Shown here: positions 44,104 through 55,014 of the stretch, piece by piece
Position numbering within the stretch: position 1 is the stretch's first letter
Layout of the letters: every line of letters starts with the position of its first letter
Assembly (NCBI GenBank): GCA_964540105.1
Contig: CAZILL010000001.1
Location: forward strand, 1,290,063-1,354,062
Length of the DNA stretch: 64,000 nt
From: an uncultured Ignavibacteriales bacterium
GTDB taxonomy: Bacteria > Zixibacteria > MSB-5A5 > GN15 > FEB-12
Direction: 5' to 3'
Translations under genes and position numbers: made by a program
The notes under the pieces: model-generated
What the model was told of the DNA's origin: nothing
Database searches by the model: none
The model's input: the letters and a program-made list of their open reading frames with translations, nothing else

Positions 44104-45153
44104 ATGTTTTCACGCAAAAGCACGAGTACTGTAGGGCTTGACGTAGGAGCCAATTCGATCAAGCTGGTCAAACTGGATCACGCAAAGAGTGGCTATTCCG
44201 TCTCGGCCATCGGGATTCGCGAACTCCCCCCCGATGCCATTGTCGCTGACGAAATCAGGGATCGTGAAGCGGTTATCTTTAACATCCAATCGATCATCGA
44301 CCAGACCGATCCCAAAATCCGCGACGTTGTCGTCTCCATCTCCGGCCATGGTGTTATCACAGACAAGTTCACCATCGACAAGAAAACCGGACCGGAGGCT
44401 CACGATCTGATCCTCTTCGAGACCGCCCAGCGGGCCCCGTTCGATGTCGATGACGTGTCCCTGGATTATCACATTATTAAGACCGACGACGACCTCAACA
44501 AGATGGACGTCCTTCTCGTTGCCGCTCGGAAAGAGTATCTGCGTATGTATCTCGGGCTCATCGAGGATTGCGGCCTGCGTCCGGTCATCATCGATGATGA
44601 CGCTTTCGCCATCTTGAACGCCTATGAGAACAACTACGATGTCGACCCCACCCGTGTAACCGCGCTGGTGAATATCGGCCATGACGTGACCAATATCACT
44701 TACATCACCGAGGGGCTCTTCAAGGCGACCCGCGACGTATCTGCGGGAACGCGCGAAATCTTCAACGCCATCCAGCGTGAGTTCCGCCTCAGCCCCGAAT
44801 TGACCGCCAAAGCTATGAAAGGGGAGATGACCGACTCGATTGACCAGGACATGCTGAAGGCGACTATCACTTCAGCCACTGAGGAATTGATCTCCGGCCT
44901 TGAGCTGGCGTTCTCATACTTCCGTTCACAAGCAAAAGTTGACGCAATAGATTGGTTGGTACTTTCCGGTGGTGGGGCGCTTGTGCCCTATCTGTCCGAG
45001 CACATTCAATCCAAGTTGAGCATCCCATTAGAGCTCTCCAACCCGCTTCGTAACGTCGACTACGACCCTGAACTCTTCCAGTATCTGCAACCCGAAAAGA
45101 TCGCCCCGCTGCTCGCAGTGTCGGTCGGCCTGGCCATGCGGAAAGTGAGGTAG
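44104..45153 (+). CDS. pilM: Type IV pilus assembly protein PilM (actin-like ATPase fold)
   Basis: It has the VGLDVGANSIKLVKL N-terminus, PilM length, and pilN and pilO follow it. The ORF-track start at 44002 is discounted. Confidence 0.9.
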   Translation: MFSRKSTSTVGLDVGANSIKLVKLDHAKSGYSVSAIGIRELPPDAIVADEIRDREAVIFNIQSIIDQTDPKIRDVVVSISGHGVITDKFTIDKKTGPEAHDLILFETAQRAPFDVDDVSLDYHIIKTDDDLNKMDVLLVAARKEYLRMYLGLIEDCGLRPVIIDDDAFAILNAYENNYDVDPTRVTALVNIGHDVTNITYITEGLFKATRDVSAGTREIFNAIQREFRLSPELTAKAMKGEMTDSIDQDMLKATITSATEELISGLELAFSYFRSQAKVDAIDWLVLSGGGALVPYLSEHIQSKLSIPLELSNPLRNVDYDPELFQYLQPEKIAPLLAVSVGLAMRKVR

Positions 45154-45160
45154 TACGACA

Positions 45161-45976
45161 ATGATAGAGATTAATCTACTTCCGAAGGATTACCTCAAAG
45201 GAGGCCGCGCGATCTCGTTTGGGAAGATGGGCCTCTATGCCGTCGCCGGCGCAGCGGCCATGATAGTCATGATGGTTGCGCTCGCCTTCTACCAGATGCG
45301 GCAGCTCGACAACCTGCAGACCAACATCGAACGGGCCAACGAGCGTGCTTCCATGTTGCAGAAGGACATCAGAGTCGTCGATGCGCTGACCGATGTCAAG
45401 GAGAAGATAAACCGGCGCATGCGGGCTGTAGAACGCCTCGATCGGCATCGCTCGGTTTGGGTTCGAATTCTCGAAAATGTCGCCGCCGATGTTCCCGAGT
45501 TCGTCTGGCTGGCGGCTTTCAAAGAGAAACCCGACGAAGGCGCCGACAAGGCCAAGACCGGCTCTTTGTCCAATACTCTTTCGCAGGGGACCTCTCAGCC
45601 CGCCAAGCCCGCGGCCCCTGTCGATCTTCGCGGACAGGACACTCTACCTGCTTTCCGTCCGGTTGAAATCGAGGGATACTCATACACGCTCAATTCTCTT
45701 GCCGCCTTCATGATTGCGCTCATGCGCTCTGACTTCTTCGACCGGGTCGAACTCGTCAAGAGTGAAGAAACCATCTTCCCCGGCGGCGATGAGAAGGCAT
45801 ACAATTTCATTGTCAGCTGTAATGTGCACTATCTCTCGGATGACGACTTGCGAGGCATGGTCGCCTCCGCAGATTTCGATGAAGAGGTAAACGAGGCCGA
45901 TTTCGAGCAAGCGCAGGAACCGACCCATAGCGGCGGTCACGCGAGATCATCCAGCGACGCCCGGAACAGCAATTAG
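45161..45976 (+). CDS. pilN: Type IV pilus assembly protein PilN, with an extended acidic C-terminal tail
   Basis: It has the MIEINLLPKDY signature, a single TM helix and a coiled coil. Confidence 0.8.
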   Translation: MIEINLLPKDYLKGGRAISFGKMGLYAVAGAAAMIVMMVALAFYQMRQLDNLQTNIERANERASMLQKDIRVVDALTDVKEKINRRMRAVERLDRHRSVWVRILENVAADVPEFVWLAAFKEKPDEGADKAKTGSLSNTLSQGTSQPAKPAAPVDLRGQDTLPAFRPVEIEGYSYTLNSLAAFMIALMRSDFFDRVELVKSEETIFPGGDEKAYNFIVSCNVHYLSDDDLRGMVASADFDEEVNEADFEQAQEPTHSGGHARSSSDARNSN

Positions 45977-45988
45977 GAGAGATGGTAT

Positions 45989-46624
45989 ATGGATCTCAAA
46001 GATGCCAATAATCAAAAGATTGCGATCGCCGTTTTGGCGTTCTTCATCGTTGTGTACTTCTGGTACTCCCGCGTCTACTCGCGCTATGACGAGCAGTTGA
46101 CGATGAAGGGCCAGGAGTTCGAGACGATTACCACCAATCTCAAGAACGTCGAAATGAAGGCCAAGTCGCTCGACGCCCTTCAGGCCGAGTATACCCAGCT
46201 GGTTGAACGATACCATGACATCGAATCGCTCCTGCCGGAAGAGAAGATGATCCCCAATATTCTGGTCCAGCTCCACACGGCCTCTTCTCTCAGCGGCACA
46301 AAGATCAAGAAGGTCCTGCCGCAGCCGCCGTTCTCCGAGGAGTTCTTCAATGTCGCCTCGTTCGAAATCGAAATGACCGGCACCTATCATGACTTCGGCA
46401 ATTTCATCAGCTACGTGGCTAACTTCCCGTTCATTGCCAATGTCACGCGGATGGATATCAAGACCAAGAACGTTTCGATCTCCGGCCCGAACAAGCTACA
46501 GCCGATTGATGAGCCGACCGATCGTTTGGAGATAGGGAGGAAGAAGGAAACCATGACGGCGACCTTCCTTCTGTCCACATACTACGTGAAAGAGGAAGAG
46601 CGGCTGAAAGAGCTGACATTATAG
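45989..46624 (+). CDS. pilO: Type IV pilus assembly protein PilO
   Basis: It has a single TM helix, a coiled coil and a ferredoxin-like C-terminus (IEMTGTYHDFGNFISYVANFPFIANV). Confidence 0.8.
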   Translation: MDLKDANNQKIAIAVLAFFIVVYFWYSRVYSRYDEQLTMKGQEFETITTNLKNVEMKAKSLDALQAEYTQLVERYHDIESLLPEEKMIPNILVQLHTASSLSGTKIKKVLPQPPFSEEFFNVASFEIEMTGTYHDFGNFISYVANFPFIANVTRMDIKTKNVSISGPNKLQPIDEPTDRLEIGRKKETMTATFLLSTYYVKEEERLKELTL

Positions 46625-46631
46625 GAGACTG

Positions 46632-48551
46632 ATGACGATGAAGACCTACATCTATAGTGCGCTTGTGGCCGCGTTGACATTGACCAGCCACGCTGCTGCC
46701 TCCCGATTGACCAATGTCTCGTTGACTTTCGAGAACGGCTCCACCGTCGCCAAAGTCGACATCGAGGGTCAGATCCGTTTCACGCACCAGACCGAGATCC
46801 CCAAGAACGGCAAACCGGATCGCATGATTCTCGACGTCATTGGTGTCACCAATGATTTCGAGACGAAGAGTTTCTCGCAGCTGCCCGTTTGCGGTGTGAC
46901 GGGAATCCGCACCAGTCAATACGCTGTGACGCCTGAGAAGGTCGTCCGACTCGTATTCGATATGACAAAGGCGCCAGTCTATCGAGTCGAATCCGATCAC
47001 TCCTCGATACGAGTGATCTTCACCGATAACAGCGTCAAGCCATTCGCGGCCTGGACCGCAATCACCAAGGGGACCAATCATTCCACCGAACCGAAGCCCG
47101 CGCCAAAACCGATAGCTGTCTCTGATAAGGCTGCGCCGTCTCCATCCGCGACCACACCTGTGGGCACGGTAGCGACGCAGAACAAGAATATTGAGCAGGA
47201 TCGCCAATCCAGTCTGGCCTCGAAGGGGACTCCCTCGGCGGCTCCTCAGACGTCGAAAACCCCGTCCTCCACGATAGCCGAGAAGCCGAAGTCCCAAACT
47301 ACGACTCCGGTGAGCGCCGATAGCAAGTCCGTGCCCGCGAAGAGTCCTTCGACGACAACTGCTTCGAAACCCACAGTAGCAGTTTCGCCGAACTCAGCAG
47401 TGACTCCGTCCCAAGCCAGGATTGCACCCGCGTCACCGACTCCTGACAAGCCGAAAAGCGACTCCAAGCCGCCCGCGACCTCCTCGCCGACGATTGTAAC
47501 TGCTCCGGGTCCCAAGTCAGCATCGCCTGCTCTCGCGCAAAGCCAAACAACTCCGGCGCAGCCAAAGGTGGAGTACTCTTCGACCTCGGACGATGAGACC
47601 GAAAACGCCGTTCCGGCCTCCAAACCCAAATCCGGGAGTTCGCAACCCGTTACCGAGAACACAAGCAAGCCCGCCGGCGGCGCTTCACCCGCAATTGCCT
47701 CCGCTCCGACTACCGCACCTAAGGAGCAGCCGACAACATCCTCGCCTGGGGCAGTACAGAATCCGCAGTCGAAGGTCTCGGTGACCTACTCACCAGACAA
47801 GCCTAAGGCTGAAGACAAGGTTGAGAGCAAGCAGCCCACCGCGCCAGTCATCGCAACGAACATGACCGGCAAGAACTCCGAAAAGAATCCGGAAACTCCC
47901 AAGCCGGCTTCGGCCGGCAGCACGCCCTCGGCAGCAGCCTCAACGTCCCTTCCGCTCGTCGGACCTCATCCCGCGGCGACCCCGAATCAGGCATCATCCA
48001 CGCCGAGCATTGCCAAGAACGACTCATCGAGTCGATCTTCGATCGAAGGAATCGCAGTCACTGAAGAACAAATGTCCGACACGATTGCGGAGCAGACATC
48101 ACCCGCTGCTGACGAGACCGCGGCTCTGACTCCGACCGATACGACCAAGTCGACCTCGCGCTTTCGCCGGTCGCCTGAACTGTCGTCGAAAATCAAAGGA
48201 ACCATGATTGCTGAGTTCCCCAAGCGGCTGGTCATAAAGTACGATCCAGGTCCGAATCGTGATCCGTTTGCAACGCTGGCCGATAATACCAGGACCTATG
48301 ATAGTCCCGTAGAAGCCCGCATTCCGAACGTCGAAGGTCTGAAGCTGGTCGGGATTATCCAGTCCAACTCGGGCGACAATCGTGCTCTGTTTGAGGATAA
48401 GAAGAATTACAGCTACATACTCAAATCTGGTGATCGTGTACAGCGAGGCAATGTCCTTCGTGTCGAAAGCGATCGCGTCTATTTCCAGATTTTTGAATAT
48501 GGCTGGAGCCGAACAATTGCCTTGACCATAGATGATAACTTTGGACGATGA
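46632..48551 (+). CDS. PilP-like pilotin/alignment protein carrying an N-terminal AMIN domain and a ~390-aa Pro/Thr/Ser/Ala-rich linker
   Basis: The AMIN pattern includes RMILDVIGV, GIRTSQYAVTPEKVVRLVFDM and YRVESDHSSIRVIF. A low-complexity PT-rich stretch follows. The C-terminal PilP pattern is RDPF...LKLVGIIQSNSGDNRALFEDKKNYSYILKSGDRV. Confidence 0.7.
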   Translation: MTMKTYIYSALVAALTLTSHAAASRLTNVSLTFENGSTVAKVDIEGQIRFTHQTEIPKNGKPDRMILDVIGVTNDFETKSFSQLPVCGVTGIRTSQYAVTPEKVVRLVFDMTKAPVYRVESDHSSIRVIFTDNSVKPFAAWTAITKGTNHSTEPKPAPKPIAVSDKAAPSPSATTPVGTVATQNKNIEQDRQSSLASKGTPSAAPQTSKTPSSTIAEKPKSQTTTPVSADSKSVPAKSPSTTTASKPTVAVSPNSAVTPSQARIAPASPTPDKPKSDSKPPATSSPTIVTAPGPKSASPALAQSQTTPAQPKVEYSSTSDDETENAVPASKPKSGSSQPVTENTSKPAGGASPAIASAPTTAPKEQPTTSSPGAVQNPQSKVSVTYSPDKPKAEDKVESKQPTAPVIATNMTGKNSEKNPETPKPASAGSTPSAAASTSLPLVGPHPAATPNQASSTPSIAKNDSSSRSSIEGIAVTEEQMSDTIAEQTSPAADETAALTPTDTTKSTSRFRRSPELSSKIKGTMIAEFPKRLVIKYDPGPNRDPFATLADNTRTYDSPVEARIPNVEGLKLVGIIQSNSGDNRALFEDKKNYSYILKSGDRVQRGNVLRVESDRVYFQIFEYGWSRTIALTIDDNFGR

Positions 48552-49864
48552 AAGGTTGGTGTGCTGATATGAAGTGGAGTAATATGAGAAAACCTGCAAC
48601 TGGGCTGTGGCTTATCGCCCTTGCGCTGCTGGTTTCGGCAGTTGTGACCGCCGAAGAAGCCAAGGATCCGTCTCAGCCGATCAAGAATCTGCAATTCCAG
48701 TCGGCTGAAATACGCTCCGTCCTGACATTCCTCGCCGATTACGGAGGCGTGAACGTCGTCGTTTCGCCTGACGTCAAAGGCACTGTCACCATCAAGCTGT
48801 CTGATGTGAAATGGCGCGCGGCCATGGACATCATTGGCAGCACCTACGCGCTGGCCATTGTCGAAGAGAACGGATTCATTCGTATCCTTCCTCAGGACTC
48901 CTACTCCAAGGAGGTAACTGAGCGCGAAAAACATAGTCAGGAACAACGGCAGCTGGTGGCTCTTGAGACGAAGATAGTCAAGATTTCCAATTCGACCTCG
49001 AGCGATATTGTCAGCGCCGTAAAGTCGCTCATGACCGAACGTGGCAAAGCATCAAGCGACGACCGCTCGAATTCGATCATCGTCCAGGAAGTCCCCACGA
49101 ATATTCAGAAGGTTCTGGACTATATCAGTGAGCTGGATCGCCCGGCCCGACAGATCAAGATCTCGGCCCAGCTGGTAGAGATTTCCTCCGATGGCCTTCA
49201 GGAACTTGGCGTCAAGTGGGGTATTAAAGGCACAACGACCCACCCTTTCAACTCCGGCTCGATAGAGCAGGTTGACCAAAAGGGGGAAGTGCTCGCCAAT
49301 CGCAACACTGACGTCGCCGGTCAATATACGCTCACGGCCCTTGGCAAGGGGTATAGCGTCGACGCCGTGGTGCAGGCGATGGTAAAATCCGGCAAAGGCA
49401 AAATCATTGCTCATCCGGAAATCACCACCATCGACAACAAGCAGGCCAAGATTCAGATGGGACAGAAGGTACCGATCAAGCAATTCGACCAGTCCGGAAA
49501 CGTGGTTACGAAATTCGAGCAGGTGGGTACGATTCTGACCGTAACCCCGCATATTACCGCCGAGAACCAGATTCTGATGCATCTCCTGCCGGAGCGTTCT
49601 ACGTATACTTTCGATCCGAATGGCGTCATCATCAACACGAACAATGCCGAGACCAACGTCATCGTGAGCAACGGTCAGACGGCCGTCATCGGCGGCCTCA
49701 CCACGCAGGACGAGGTCGAGTCGATTATCGGCGTACCGATTCTCAAAGATATCCCTCTGCTCGGAGCGATCTTTCGGTATTCCAATAAGCGTACGGAGAA
49801 CCGCGACCTGGTCATTTTCGTGACCCCGACCGTTGTCGAAAAAGGTCTTGCGTCGAAGAATTAG
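48548..49864 (+). CDS. pilQ: Type IV pilus secretin PilQ (short form, no AMIN domain)
   Basis: It has a secretin C-domain (ETNVIVSNGQTAVIGGL...VPILKDIPLLGAIFRYSNKRTENRDLVIFVTPTVV). The ATGA at its start overlaps the stop of the upstream gene. Confidence 0.88.
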   Translation: MKGWCADMKWSNMRKPATGLWLIALALLVSAVVTAEEAKDPSQPIKNLQFQSAEIRSVLTFLADYGGVNVVVSPDVKGTVTIKLSDVKWRAAMDIIGSTYALAIVEENGFIRILPQDSYSKEVTEREKHSQEQRQLVALETKIVKISNSTSSDIVSAVKSLMTERGKASSDDRSNSIIVQEVPTNIQKVLDYISELDRPARQIKISAQLVEISSDGLQELGVKWGIKGTTTHPFNSGSIEQVDQKGEVLANRNTDVAGQYTLTALGKGYSVDAVVQAMVKSGKGKIIAHPEITTIDNKQAKIQMGQKVPIKQFDQSGNVVTKFEQVGTILTVTPHITAENQILMHLLPERSTYTFDPNGVIINTNNAETNVIVSNGQTAVIGGLTTQDEVESIIGVPILKDIPLLGAIFRYSNKRTENRDLVIFVTPTVVEKGLASKN

Positions 49865-49887
49865 AGGGTTACAAATCTCTCGAAGAC

Positions 49888-49921
49888 AGGCCTCCTTCCC
49901 CTCACGGATGGAGGCCTTTTG
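49888..49921 (+). terminator. Rho-independent terminator after pilQ
   Basis: AGGCCTCC-N14-GGAGGCCT followed by TTTT. Confidence 0.7.
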
Positions 49922-50021
49922 TATCTAAATCTCAGGACGATTGTGCCGATAATTCTATAGAAACGGAAATGCCACCATATTCGAACGAAAATAACAGATG
50001 TCATATCTTTTAGGAGAGGCC

Positions 50022-52109
50022 ATGTATAGCAAGAATCTCTTCAGCAAGACGATACTCTGCTTGTCGCTCGCTCTGCTCGCCGTGATCATTACTTCCGGTT
50101 GCAGCTCGAAGAGCAAGCAAGGTGAACTACCATCCAACAGCACGGTGTCCATTTCATCTCCGTCGAGCATGAATGTCGGCACCACGTCTATCGTGGTTGC
50201 CACCGTGAAATCAGGAAGCGCGGGAATCGCCAACCAGGTCGTGATGTTCACTGTCACTCCGTCGACCGCAGGTCACTTCACGCCCATGATTGACACAACC
50301 GACGCCAATGGCGAAGCGGCCACAGTGTTCACCGCGGCTACTACCGGTTCGGCGAATATCGGGGTAAGCGTCGGCGACGGCCACCTGACTACAAATGCTG
50401 CCATGGCCATTGAATCCGGTCAACAACAGAACGGAAGCGGCAACGTCAGCATTACCTTGACTCCCAGTCTGCTGCTGGCAAACGGCGTAGACAGTTCGAC
50501 CGTAGTCGTAACCGTTCGCGACAACAGCGGCCGACCGGCCCCGGATTCGACCGCCGTCAAGATTGTCGCCGGTGAAAAATTCATCGATAAGGATGGCAAC
50601 GGATATTGGTCTGCCGGCATCGATTCGCTCGTATTTGACGCCAACGCCAACGGTCGCTGGGATGCCCTTGGGAACATCTCCTCAACCGCGATCGTCTCAG
50701 GCGGTAACGGTCAGGTTCGTGTGCGCTACATGGCCGGCAACGACGCTCTAACCGTCTATATCAAGGCGACCGTCAATGACAAGGGAATCTCCGGATTTGC
50801 CGAGCTGCCGCTACAGTTGTCGCCTAACGCCAAGATCGCCTCGATTTATCTAAGCTCTGATTCTATCAACCTATCGGTCAAACAGACGGGTGGTATTGAG
50901 TCCTCGATCCTTCGGGCCACCGGTTACGACCAGTTCGGCAACCGCGTACCGGAAGGTCTTGTCATCAACTTTATCATCACTGACGGCACCGGAGGGGGCG
51001 AGCACCTTGGAAACGTTGGACTTGGGCCGTTTCAGTCCGTCACCAACAGCCAGGGCGTCGGCATTGCCACTATCCATTCCGGTACGAAGTCCGGAACGCT
51101 GCGCATTCGCGCCTACGCCGATACAGTGATCTCTGCGGCCACCCAGGTCATGATTTCGGCCGGTCCGCCGTACTACATCGTGGTCGGCGCTGAGAAGTGC
51201 AACGTCCCCTATTTTGCCACCGTTGCCGGTGTCAATAATATCGCCGCCGTAGTTTCGGACCGGTACTTCAACCCGGTGAACGATTCGACCGTTGTCTATT
51301 TCACGACCGACGAAGGGACCATGAAATCTCATGAAGAGCGAACCCGGGATCACGAAGGTATCGCCAAGACCAAATGGTTGTCAGGTGATGATCGCCCGGC
51401 TGCGAACGGTCGTGTCTTGATTATCGCCGAGACCGATGGTGGGTCTGTGGCCGATACCAGCATGTTCTTCAACACCTGGTTCACCGATACGATTCGCGTC
51501 TACGGCGCGCCGACAAGTATTCCCGCTGATGGAGTCTCGACCGTCACCGTTCTGGTCGTCGGTGTCGACCTTAACGGCAATCCGGTCATTGGTGGAACCG
51601 CTTTCGAAGCGTCCGCCAACTGGCTCAGAGTATCGGGGTCGTCGTTCGAAGACGGCTGCTATTCGTCGTCCGCTCGCGTCAAGATTGTCTCCGCGATTCT
51701 CGACATGGATCATTCACGAAACTTCAGCAATGACGATGGAATCGGCGCCATTGACTACGTCCAGTACTACAACGGTACGGCCGCTGTTTCCTTCCCAGTT
51801 CAGATGCTCACCGGTAATTCCTATTCGGGCAAGTCCTCGATCATCATCCCAGGATCGGCCGTCATGGGGCAGGCTGTGGAAATCGGCGCTACGATTCAGG
51901 ATCGGTGGGGAAATCCGCTTGCCGACCACAGGCTGACCGTGAAGCAAAGTGGTATCACAATCGCCAACGTCCAGACCGACTCCTATGGCGAAGCTTTCGG
52001 GGCATCGTTTGTCCCCTCTGATTCTGGTACGTACATCATCACGGTTGTCGACAACGACGCTCGTGGTGGGATCGTGATCAGCAAGAGTTTATCAGTAGCA
52101 GCGAAGTAG
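50022..52109 (+). CDS. Lipoprotein built of bacterial Ig-like (Big_1/invasin-type) repeats
   Basis: It has a lipobox (IITSGC). It contains repeated ~90-aa segments of the form 'ANGVDSSTVVVTVRDNSGRPAPDSTAVKI' and 'ADGVSTVTVLVVGVDLNGNPVIGGTAFE'. A GGAGAGG sequence precedes the ATG at 50022. Confidence 0.7.
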   Translation: MYSKNLFSKTILCLSLALLAVIITSGCSSKSKQGELPSNSTVSISSPSSMNVGTTSIVVATVKSGSAGIANQVVMFTVTPSTAGHFTPMIDTTDANGEAATVFTAATTGSANIGVSVGDGHLTTNAAMAIESGQQQNGSGNVSITLTPSLLLANGVDSSTVVVTVRDNSGRPAPDSTAVKIVAGEKFIDKDGNGYWSAGIDSLVFDANANGRWDALGNISSTAIVSGGNGQVRVRYMAGNDALTVYIKATVNDKGISGFAELPLQLSPNAKIASIYLSSDSINLSVKQTGGIESSILRATGYDQFGNRVPEGLVINFIITDGTGGGEHLGNVGLGPFQSVTNSQGVGIATIHSGTKSGTLRIRAYADTVISAATQVMISAGPPYYIVVGAEKCNVPYFATVAGVNNIAAVVSDRYFNPVNDSTVVYFTTDEGTMKSHEERTRDHEGIAKTKWLSGDDRPAANGRVLIIAETDGGSVADTSMFFNTWFTDTIRVYGAPTSIPADGVSTVTVLVVGVDLNGNPVIGGTAFEASANWLRVSGSSFEDGCYSSSARVKIVSAILDMDHSRNFSNDDGIGAIDYVQYYNGTAAVSFPVQMLTGNSYSGKSSIIIPGSAVMGQAVEIGATIQDRWGNPLADHRLTVKQSGITIANVQTDSYGEAFGASFVPSDSGTYIITVVDNDARGGIVISKSLSVAAK

Positions 52110-52133
52110 TTCCGAGAACTACCCACAAGACGC

Positions 52134-52168
52134 AACGCCGGCGACCCGCTCGCCGGCGTTTCTTTTTG
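52134..52168 (+). terminator. Rho-independent terminator after the Big_1 lipoprotein gene
   Basis: AACGCCGGCG-acccgct-CGCCGGCGTT followed by TCTTTTTG. Confidence 0.7.
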
Positions 52169-52203
52169 CTTTCCGATCGCCGCTGAGATTGCTAATTTCT
52201 CCT

Positions 52204-53898
52204 ATGCACTCACCATCCCTGATTCAAAGAGCGGCGCCAACTCATCTCCTCGACGCCATTCGCTGTGCCGCTCAGAAATGGCCGGACGAGGTGGCGCTGA
52301 GAGCCGACGGTGGGATTGGGAGGCAATACTCATATCGGGAGCTGTACAACTTGAGCGCACGTCTGGCGACCGCGCTGCGACATGCGTTTCCCGATGACGC
52401 ATCTATTGGACTCCTGTCGGAAAATCGACCGGAGTGGCCTATCGTGTATCTGGGAATCGTCGGCTCGGGCAAGACTGTCGTCCCTATCGACGCCAACCTC
52501 AAGATTGCTGAGCTCATCTCGATCATCAAGCTTAGCGGAGTGCGAACGCTCTTCACGTCGGCTCGCTTCGAAACCGCCCTTGCTTCTGCCCTTCCCGAGT
52601 TAACACTCCATTCTCTTGAGAACTCTTCGCCAGGGAGCTGGCGATTTCTGCTTGCGGCTGATGCCGAAGAGTTCGACGTCAATCCGGCTCACACCGCGGT
52701 TCTGATCTATACCTCAGGCACTACCGGCTCCCCTTCCGCGGTCATGCTGACCCACAACAATCTCTTAAGCAACCTTGAGGGGATACGCCCCGTGTTACCC
52801 TTCAGCCCTGACGATGTGTTCCTCTCTGTGCTTCCACTGCACCACACTCTCGAGGCTACCTGTGGTTTCCTCGCCCCTTTGACGTCGGGATCGACTATTG
52901 TCTATGCCCGCTCGCTGAAGTCCAGGGACATCCTTGATGACATCGCCCACAACGGGGTGACGGTTATGGTCGGCGTCCCTTTGCTCTTTGAGAAGATGCA
53001 CCACGCCCTCCGCCGTGCGGTTGCCGCTTCGCCTCTCGTTTCGAGACTGAGCTTCCTCTTGACCTATCACTTCTCTTCGATCTGTTGGCGCGTCGGACTC
53101 AAGTGGGGGAGAGCCCTCTTTACTCCACTTCGCCGAAAGGCCGGCCTCGCCTCGATTCGGATGCTTGTCTCCGGCGGCGCCCCAATACCAATAGAAATTG
53201 CCCGTTTCTATAATCTCATCGGTCTTGACTTCCTTCAAGGCTACGGTATGACCGAGTGCTCTCCGGTTGTTTCCGTCAATAGCCCCAACAGCATCCAGTT
53301 CGGCTCAGTCGGCTCCCCTTTGGCGAATCTGGAAGTCAGGATTGATCGTCCCGATTCGCACGGCGTTGGTGAGATCGTCGTGAAGGGTCCAAGCGTTACC
53401 ATTGGCTACCGCGACAATGAGGCGAAAACCGCGCAGCTTCTCCGAGACGGATGGCTGCATACCGGTGACCTCGGCCGGCTTCATCACGGTCATCTTTGGA
53501 TCACGGGACGCCTCAAGAATGTCATCATCTCGGCAGCCGGGAAGAATATCTATCCCGAGGAACTGGAGGAACACTTGCTGGAATCCCCCTATGTCAGCGA
53601 AGTAGTCGTTTTCGGGCGTCTGAAGTTCTCACGACAAGGGGAAGAGGTACATGCCTTGATTGTCCCCGATCTCGATCAATTCAGCGCCGAGTTTGGCCTT
53701 TCACGCCAGGCCCCGGACTCAAAGAAAATACAAACTGTTCTCGCTGACCAGATTGCTCACGTCAATCGTCGGCTCGCCGACTACAAGCGTATCTCCGGAT
53801 TCGATTTCCAACTTGAGGAACTCGAAAAGACCTCAACGAAGAAGCTGAAGCGCTTCGTCTACTCCGCGCCTGCCAAGCCGACAGACACAAGAGGATAA
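52204..53898 (+). CDS. AMP-dependent synthetase/ligase (long-chain fatty acid--CoA ligase-like)
   Basis: It has the AMP-binding motif LIYTSGTTGSPSAVMLTHNNL and later GYGMTE and GWLHTGDLG blocks. The ORF track starts at TTG 52189. Confidence 0.88.
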   Translation: MHSPSLIQRAAPTHLLDAIRCAAQKWPDEVALRADGGIGRQYSYRELYNLSARLATALRHAFPDDASIGLLSENRPEWPIVYLGIVGSGKTVVPIDANLKIAELISIIKLSGVRTLFTSARFETALASALPELTLHSLENSSPGSWRFLLAADAEEFDVNPAHTAVLIYTSGTTGSPSAVMLTHNNLLSNLEGIRPVLPFSPDDVFLSVLPLHHTLEATCGFLAPLTSGSTIVYARSLKSRDILDDIAHNGVTVMVGVPLLFEKMHHALRRAVAASPLVSRLSFLLTYHFSSICWRVGLKWGRALFTPLRRKAGLASIRMLVSGGAPIPIEIARFYNLIGLDFLQGYGMTECSPVVSVNSPNSIQFGSVGSPLANLEVRIDRPDSHGVGEIVVKGPSVTIGYRDNEAKTAQLLRDGWLHTGDLGRLHHGHLWITGRLKNVIISAAGKNIYPEELEEHLLESPYVSEVVVFGRLKFSRQGEEVHALIVPDLDQFSAEFGLSRQAPDSKKIQTVLADQIAHVNRRLADYKRISGFDFQLEELEKTSTKKLKRFVYSAPAKPTDTRG

Positions 53899-53949
53899 CT
53901 TGAGCAGCGTTCGATTATTGCTGCCAACCACCGCAAGCTGGGTCACAAC

Positions 53950-54954
<1,005 letters not shown>

Positions 54955-55014
54955 AGACTCTCAAGTACCCGCGCTCCTGAACCGATGAAGTAAGAGGAAC
55001 AGAAACGATCCGAA

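Noticed and set aside
47050-48190. I considered whether the Pro/Thr/Ser/Ala-rich region could be a separate gene or a tandem DNA repeat array.
   Set aside because: It is one continuous open frame linking recognisable AMIN and PilP domains. At the DNA level the repeats are degenerate, reflecting composition bias and not exact tandem units.
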